A stretch of 64,000 bases of DNA from an uncultured Verrucomicrobiae bacterium (lineage in GTDB: Bacteria; Verrucomicrobiota; Verrucomicrobiia; Chthoniobacterales; JAATET01): assembly GCA_963719495.1 (NCBI GenBank), contig CAVRCI010000009.1, positions 128,001 to 192,000 of the forward strand, read 5' to 3'. A program made the translations under genes and the position numbers. Below the pieces are notes generated by a model. That model was not told the DNA's origin. It saw only the letters and a program-made list of their open reading frames with translations, and searched no databases. Below are positions 57,941-64,000 of the stretch, piece by piece; position 1 is the first letter of the stretch, and each line of letters begins with the position of its first letter.

Positions 57941-59436
57941 CTACCGCCGGAGGATCCGAATTTTCGCCCGCTTCGATTTCAACCCGATGCCGTCGACGGC
58001 GCGGACCTTCACGACCACGCGACCCTGATCTTTCGTGATCCGTAGGACGACCTTGAAAGTGCCGTTGCCCTTCACCTTCGCTTTGGCGACCTTGCCGCCG
58101 CGAGCCTTCACGTCCAGATCGGCGACCCCGGAGGCGTCGCGGGCGGTCCCGCGGATCACGACCCGCTTGCGCAGCGTCTCGATGGTCTTTCGACCGCGAA
58201 CCTTGAGTTCCGGGCGAGTGACGTCGACGGGCGGCACGGCGACCGGATCGGCGGGTCGGGTGAATCGGAGGACACGTCGATTGCTGAGATCCGCCACCCA
58301 CAAGTTCCCGGCCGGACTCAGGAAAAGACCGTAGGGAAAATCCAACCGATCCGCGGCGACATGCGCATCAACGGCAAAGAATGACGACTGCCCGACGACC
58401 CCGTCCGCGAGTGGTTGATTATCCGCCGAAGCCACGTTGTCGTAGCGCAGGACGCGGTTGTTCCCGCTGTCCGACACCCACAATGACCCGAAGGAATCCT
58501 TGGCGACATCGCGGGGTCCACTCAATCCGACGCTGCCACCACCGGTGCTCGAAGTATCGAAGTCCGGCTGGCCGATGACCAGATCAGCGTCAGGACCATT
58601 TCCACGACTGGCAGCATTGTCGTAGGCCGTCACGCGGTTGTTGGCACTGTCCGCCCCACCCACAACCGACTGGAGGTATCGAGCATGACGCCAACCGGCT
58701 GCGCCAATCGGTCGATTCCCAACGGAAGAAATGTGCTTCCGCTACTGATGAAGTCGTCCTGCCCGATCACTTGCGTCGCCGCGGCTCCGTCCGCCAAGGC
58801 TGCCGCATTGGCGAAACGGAGAACGCGGTTGTTGATCCGGTCGGAAACCCAGAGATCCCCGCCCCCGTCGATCCAGAGGCCCGACGGGGCGGTAAACTCG
58901 CTCGCCGAGAGACCCGATGCCCCGGAAGTGAAGTTAATTTGACCGAGCACGAGATTCGCCGCGGCGTCGCTGCCCAACGCCGACGCGTTGGTCCACATGA
59001 GAATTCGGTTGTTACCAGAATCCGCTACCCACAGCCGACCCGCTGAGTCGACCTGGACGCTGATGGGGAAACTCAGTCCGCGAGAGGTCGGATTGGACTC
59101 TCCACCGTTCACGGAGACGTCGGAAAAGTCATCCTGCCCAAACACGACCTCTGCGGCGGCACCGTTGCCGAGTGCGTCCTCGGGAGGATACCGCAGCACG
59201 CGATTCCCGGAGGAGTCCACCACAAAAACCTTCCCGGTGGTTGGATCGATCGCGATGCCGTTTGGTTGGACAAAATTTGAGTCGGAGGTCGTCGCGGCGG
59301 CGTTGGTGTTGAAATCCGATTGCCCCAACACCAAATCCGCGCTCGCGGAAGTCGAGATCTGGGCGGTTAGGCTAGCAGCGAAAATCAGCAGGACGCTCGC
59401 GCCTAAGGCAGAAATTTTACGGAAAGACAATTGCAT
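57941..59436 (-). pseudogene. Secreted NHL-repeat beta-propeller protein with a basic Ig-like C-terminal domain; frameshift near 58654-58657
   Basis: Repeats LWV.D..NNRVL...A..V.GQ.DF run across ORFs 58630..59526 and 57941..58663; TGG GTG GG GCG GAC carries 2 extra G relative to W-V-A-D. Confidence 0.8.
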
Positions 59437-59546
59437 ATCCGAACCATTACACGCATTGGTCAGGGTGTCCCCCGCCAATTTGTCGGCGTCACCAGTTGCC
59501 GATCTTTCAGGGCGCACTGCGAACAATCCGAAGGGCCCGCCGCAAT

Positions 59547-60137
59547 TCAGCCCACGCGATTCCCGACGTAGACCCCGGCCCCGTCCCGATTCAGGACGCG
59601 GGCCGGCGCGCCGCCGACGACCGCGTCATTTTCGACGTCCGCCGTCACCACCGCGTGCGCCGCGACCAGCACGTTTCGTCCGACGACGACGCGCCCGAAG
59701 ACACAAGCATAGGACCCGAGGTAGACGTGGTCGCCGATCGTGGGCGCGCCCATTCGATCGCCGCGGAAGACGCCGCCGATCGTCGCGTGATTCACCACCG
59801 TGCAATTCCGCCCGATCGTCGCGCCCTTATTCACGGTCAAGCTCCCGGCGTGCAGGATGATGAACCCCGGCCCGATGCGCACCGACTGCGGGATCTCGAT
59901 CGCCCGGCGCGAGCTCGCCCACGCGAAGACCAGGTCGCTGACCGCCCCGATCACCCGCCAGCCGTTGAAAAAATCGCGACACCGCATCAGCACAATCACG
60001 TGAAAGCACGCCGACGTGAACGTGATCCGCAGAAATTCCTCCCAGTCCGTCCGACCCCGGTGCCGATACAAGTCGGCGCGGATGATCTCGGTCAGCGGTT
60101 CAAAATTCGGGACGTCGATTTTCATGAGGATCGGCAT
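59547..60137 (-). CDS. Serine acetyltransferase-like hexapeptide-repeat (LbH) protein
   Basis: IGPGFIILH, TIGRNCTV...TIGG, PTIGDHVYLG, VVGGAPAR. Confidence 0.85.
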   Translation of the reverse strand: MPILMKIDVPNFEPLTEIIRADLYRHRGRTDWEEFLRITFTSACFHVIVLMRCRDFFNGWRVIGAVSDLVFAWASSRRAIEIPQSVRIGPGFIILHAGSLTVNKGATIGRNCTVVNHATIGGVFRGDRMGAPTIGDHVYLGSYACVFGRVVVGRNVLVAAHAVVTADVENDAVVGGAPARVLNRDGAGVYVGNRVG

Positions 60138-60172
60138 TCGGTCCCAGGCGATGGGACTTCAAATGCGTTTCA

Positions 60173-60311
60173 GACAGGATTAACAGGATAACAGGATTAA
60201 CAGGATGATTCCAAAGGGTGAATGGGACCCTGATCTGTTACCCTTCGAGCGCAACGAGGGCTCAGTCCGAAGAGACTAAAATCCAATCCTGTGAATCTTG
60301 TTAATCCTGTC
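60173..60311. repeat. Tandem-unit hairpin element (ACAGGATT family)
   Basis: GACAGGATTAACAGGATAACAGGATTAACAGGAT...ATCCTGTGAATCTTGTTAATCCTGTC. Confidence 0.75.
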
Positions 60312-60373
60312 CCTTTCCGGATCCCGATCGAAAAGGAAGCATCCCGCCGGCCCGTTCGTCACGAAGAGTCGGT

Positions 60374-61048
60374 ATGAGTTACCGAGTCAAGATCCGCGAA
60401 GCCGAAATGCTGAACCACAACGTCCGTCGCTTCCGCACGGAGAAGCCGCCCGGCTTCGAATTCGAGCCCGGTCAGGCCACCGAGCTCGCCCTACCGAACG
60501 AGGCTGACCTCGCCGACGAGAAGCGCCCCTTCACCTTCACGTCCCTGCCCGCCGACCCCGACCTCGAGTTCACCATCAAAATCTACCCCGGGCACGACGG
60601 CGTGACCGACCGGCTCGCGGCCTACGGCGAAGGCGACGTCTTCGAGATCGGCGACGCCTGGGGCGCGATCACGTATCAGGGGCCCGGCATCTTCCTGGCC
60701 GGCGGCGCGGGCATCACCCCGTTCCTCTCGATCCTACGGGATCTCGACGATTCCGGCGATATCGACCGCTGCGGCCTTTGGTTCAGCAACCAGACCGCGG
60801 CCGACATTTTCCTCGAGCGGGAACTCACCGACCGCCTCGGCGACAAGCTCCAACTTTTCCTCACCGACGGAGAATCGGGAACGGCCACGTCGGGCCGAAT
60901 CGACCGCGACCGCCTCAAATCCGACCTCACCAGTTTCGACCAAAAATTCTACATTTGCGGCCCCGAAGACATGGTCACCGACCTCACCCACGCCCTTGAG
61001 ACCCTCGGCGTCGACGAAGACCACATCATCACCGAAGACTTGGGCTGA
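60374..61048 (+). CDS. FAD/NAD(P)-binding oxidoreductase (FNR-like)
   Basis: FEPGQA, RPFTFTS, AGGAGITPF, FYICGP. Confidence 0.9.
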   Translation: MSYRVKIREAEMLNHNVRRFRTEKPPGFEFEPGQATELALPNEADLADEKRPFTFTSLPADPDLEFTIKIYPGHDGVTDRLAAYGEGDVFEIGDAWGAITYQGPGIFLAGGAGITPFLSILRDLDDSGDIDRCGLWFSNQTAADIFLERELTDRLGDKLQLFLTDGESGTATSGRIDRDRLKSDLTSFDQKFYICGPEDMVTDLTHALETLGVDEDHIITEDLG

Positions 61049-61357
61049 AAGAAAAGGCGGCGCCAGCCGCCCCCTCGACCAGAGCGGGTAGGGCAGCCGG
61101 ACCCCGGGTGCCGTGACCTTCTCCCAGCGCGCCCAAACAACGAGGCAGCTCCGCCCAGCCACGTGAGCCAAGAAGCATCGCGGGTCCCCAAGACCTCCAC
61201 CCTCAACCGGTAATCAAAAATGGGAGCCCGACGGCGCGGCCTCCCTACCTTGGGGAACAGAATCCGCAAAAACCGCGTCGCCGAGCCGCGCGGAAAGCGT
61301 TTTGATTCAAATCGGAAGTCAACGCCAAGCCCGCCGCCCGACCCGCCAAGCCAAACC

Positions 61358-62668
61358 ATGCTCACCGAAGCCACCGCCATCGTCCGCCGCCTCCGCGAAG
61401 CCGGGCACACCGCCTACTTCGCCGGCGGCTGCGTGCGCGACCGACTCCGCGGGGTTGCCGCCCACGACATCGACATCGCGACCAGTGCGCGCCCCGAGGA
61501 GGTGGCCGCGCTCTTCCGGCGCACGATTCCGGTCGGCGCGCAGTTCGGCGTGATGATCGTCGTCGAACACGGTTTGCAATTCGAAGTCGCCACCTTCCGC
61601 ACCGAAGGCACCTACCTCGACGGGCGACGCCCCGATTCCGTCACTTACAGCGACGCCAAGCACGACGCCCAACGCCGCGATTTCACGGTTAACGGTCTCT
61701 TCTTCGACCCCATCGACGAGCGCGTGATCGACCACGTCGGCGGCATCGCCGACCTCGAAGCCCGCACCCTGCGCGCCATCGGCGACGCCGCCGCCCGGAT
61801 CCGCGAGGACAAACTCCGCATCCTGCGCGCCGTCCGGTTCGCCGCCACGCTCGACTACGAGATCGATCCCGCGACGTGGGACGCCGTCCTCGCCGCCGCG
61901 CCGGACATCGCGGTCGTGAGCCCGGAACGGATTCGCGACGAATTGGTGAAAATTTTCACCTCGCCCCAGCGCGTCCGCGGCTTCGACCTCCTCGACGCCA
62001 GCGGCCTGCTTCGACTCCTCCTCCCGGAAGTCGCCGACACCGCGGGCTGCGAGCAACCGCCGGAATTTCACCCCGAGGGCGACGTCTTCGTGCACACGCG
62101 CATCATGCTCGAAATGCTCCCGCCGGACGCGTCGGCGACGCTCGTCCTCGGCGTCCTCTTCCACGATATCGGGAAGCCACCGACGTCGTTCACCGACGAG
62201 ACGGGGCGCATCCGGTTCAACGGCCACGAGCACGTCGGGGCCGACATGACGGTCGGCATCATGAAACGACTCCGGTTTTCCAACGACCAGATCGACGACG
62301 TCGTCGCGCTCGTGAAGAATCACATGGCCTTCAAGGACGTCCAATCCATGCGCGTCGCCAAGCTCAAGCGCTTCCTCGACCGCGAGACGATCGACGACGA
62401 ACTCGAACTCCACCGCGTCGATTGCGCGTCGAGCCACGGCATGCTCGACAACCACGTTTTCCTCGAGGCGAAACGCGAGGAATTCGCCAACGAGCCGCTC
62501 GTCCCGCCGCCGCTCGTCACCGGTCACGACCTCATCGCGCTTGGGCTGAAACCCAGCCCGGCCTTCAAGCAAATCCTCGACACCGCGCACACCGCCCAGC
62601 TCGAGGGAGCGTTCCCCGACCGAGCCGCTGCGCTGGAATGGTTGCGCGACGTGGCGCTCGTCCGCTAA
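61358..62668 (+). CDS. CCA tRNA nucleotidyltransferase / poly(A) polymerase family with an HD-like domain
   Basis: AGGCVRD, DIDIAT, EVATFR, RRDFTVN, EDKLRILRAVRF, FHPEGDVFVHT, FHDIGKP. Confidence 0.92.
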   Translation: MLTEATAIVRRLREAGHTAYFAGGCVRDRLRGVAAHDIDIATSARPEEVAALFRRTIPVGAQFGVMIVVEHGLQFEVATFRTEGTYLDGRRPDSVTYSDAKHDAQRRDFTVNGLFFDPIDERVIDHVGGIADLEARTLRAIGDAAARIREDKLRILRAVRFAATLDYEIDPATWDAVLAAAPDIAVVSPERIRDELVKIFTSPQRVRGFDLLDASGLLRLLLPEVADTAGCEQPPEFHPEGDVFVHTRIMLEMLPPDASATLVLGVLFHDIGKPPTSFTDETGRIRFNGHEHVGADMTVGIMKRLRFSNDQIDDVVALVKNHMAFKDVQSMRVAKLKRFLDRETIDDELELHRVDCASSHGMLDNHVFLEAKREEFANEPLVPPPLVTGHDLIALGLKPSPAFKQILDTAHTAQLEGAFPDRAAALEWLRDVALVR

Positions 62669-62724
62669 CCGCACTGGCAAGAACGTCGTTGCGATTCCCC
62701 GCAGCGTGATGTCTAATTTAAGCC

Positions 62725-63036
62725 ATGGCCGCGACAATCGTCTTCATTCTACTCGCCATCGCGATCGCCTACCTGATTTTTCGAACCAGACAAAAGCACG
62801 GCGTGGACCGGACCGAGTTCATTGTGATCATTCAGCGCACCGCCGACGACACGGGCAAGCTCGCGGATTTTCGGGCCCTCGTCCACAACCCGATTCTCAA
62901 CGACCCGGAGCTGGAAGCCGCCCGCGGTCGCCTCGTCCACCTCGACGACAAATACGGGCGCGGCAAGGGCGAATCACTCACCGAGCCTCACCGCAAGGAG
63001 CTCGGTGAGATCGCCGACGAACTCCGCCGCGCGTAA
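62725..63036 (+). CDS. Small membrane-anchored hypothetical protein
   Basis: N-terminal TM IVFILLAIAIAYLIF, helical remainder. Confidence 0.6.
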   Translation: MAATIVFILLAIAIAYLIFRTRQKHGVDRTEFIVIIQRTADDTGKLADFRALVHNPILNDPELEAARGRLVHLDDKYGRGKGESLTEPHRKELGEIADELRRA

Positions 63037-63097
63037 CCGCGGGAGCGTCCGCGATATTTCTTTCCCACGCGGGACCCGGATCGGCTAGAAAGTCCCC

Positions 63098-64000
63098 GTG
63101 CATCAGTTCCGCTACCACGACGGTCGTCTCCACTGCGAAGACACCTCCCTCGACGCCATCGCCGACGCCGTCGGCACCCCGGCCTACGTTTATTCCGCCA
63201 ACACGATTCGGGAGAATTACCGCCGTCTCGACCGCGCGCTCCACGAGCTCGACCACCGCATCTGCTACGCGCTCAAAGCGAATTCCAACCTCGCGATCCT
63301 GAATCTCCTCGCCTCCGAGGGCGCGGACTTCGACCTCGTCTCCGGCGGCGAACTCTTCCGCGTGCTCCAGGCCGGCGGCCGCTCCGACCGCTGCACCTTC
63401 GCCGGCGTCGGCAAGACGCGGGCGGAAATCGAATACGCCCTCGAGCACGGCATCCACTCCTTCAACGTCGAAGGCGAAGAGGAACTCGCCCAGATCAACG
63501 CCATCGCCGCCGAGCGCAACGTCCGCGCCCCCATCGCAATCCGCGTCAATCCGAACGTCGACGCCGGCACGCACAAATACATCTCCACCGGCAAGAGCCA
63601 GAACAAGTTCGGCATCGGCCTCGACCGCGCCGCCGAAGTCTACCGCGCCGCCGCGAAGCTCGACCACCTCCGCATCGTCGGCGTCCAGACCCACATCGGC
63701 TCGCAAATCCTCGACACCGCCCCGTTCGCCGAGGCCATCACCAAACTCATCCCGCTCGTCGAAGAAATCCGCGACGCGCACGACATCGAATTCTTCAGCA
63801 TCGGTGGCGGCGTCGGCATCGTCTACGACGACGCCCTCGCCAGCGGCACACCCGATTGGTGGCGGGCCCACCCGTCCCGCATCACCCCCGAGGCCTACGC
63901 CGCCGCCGTCGTTCCGCTCCTCAAACCGCTGGGCCTCCGCATCCTGCTCGAGCCCGGCCGCTTCCTCGTCGGCAACGCGGGTGCCCTCGTCACCTCGGTC
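63098..64000 (+). CDS. lysA: Diaminopimelate decarboxylase (runs off the right edge)
   Basis: GTG start; GTPAYVYS, CYALKANSNLA, DLVSGGEL, FAGVGK, STG...NKFG, HIGSQI, EPGRFLVG. Confidence 0.93.
   Translation, partial: MHQFRYHDGRLHCEDTSLDAIADAVGTPAYVYSANTIRENYRRLDRALHELDHRICYALKANSNLAILNLLASEGADFDLVSGGELFRVLQAGGRSDRCTFAGVGKTRAEIEYALEHGIHSFNVEGEEELAQINAIAAERNVRAPIAIRVNPNVDAGTHKYISTGKSQNKFGIGLDRAAEVYRAAAKLDHLRIVGVQTHIGSQILDTAPFAEAITKLIPLVEEIRDAHDIEFFSIGGGVGIVYDDALASGTPDWWRAHPSRITPEAYAAAVVPLLKPLGLRILLEPGRFLVGNAGALVTSV

Noticed and set aside
1..64000. tRNA, rRNA genes or a prophage
   Set aside because: No cloverleaf/T-loop signatures, rRNA motifs or phage genes recognised by eye; a tRNAscan/Infernal run would be needed to exclude small RNAs

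Overview
High-GC bacterial chromosome segment, most consistent with Verrucomicrobiota/PVC (PEP-CTERM proteins, an H-X9-DG-type prepilin, fusA directly followed by rpsJ, no rpsN or rpmD in the spc block). The middle (23.3-41.7 kb, minus strand) is the str-S10-spc-alpha ribosomal cluster. It has three oddities: a secreted coiled-coil gene between rpsS and rplV, a frameshifted infA relic between map and rpmJ, and an S11 with a long acidic N-terminal extension. The left arm holds a LuxR regulator, an FG-GAP protein broken by a TAG, a Phd/PIN toxin-antitoxin pair, photolyase, a TPR/SLOG protein beside a divergent MlaEFD-like cassette, a DUF4062(TIR-like)-TM-TPR receptor-like gene between two secreted paralogs, an M50B-like peptidase, MidA and a eukaryote-type UGPase. 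The right arm holds a compact TPR/J/GrpE/Hsp70/Zn-ribbon operon whose TPR protein ends in QLDLF. It also has a heme-uptake operon (hemS-hmuTUV, AraC) headed by a PEP-CTERM protein and a pseudopilin rather than a TonB-dependent receptor, an IS110 with a candidate bridge RNA, a frameshifted NHL protein sharing a basic C-terminal domain with the FG-GAP protein, a CCA-adding enzyme and lysA. Intergenic DNA is rich in REP-like palindromes and heptamer repeats. All assignments come from motif recognition by eye; no database searches were run.
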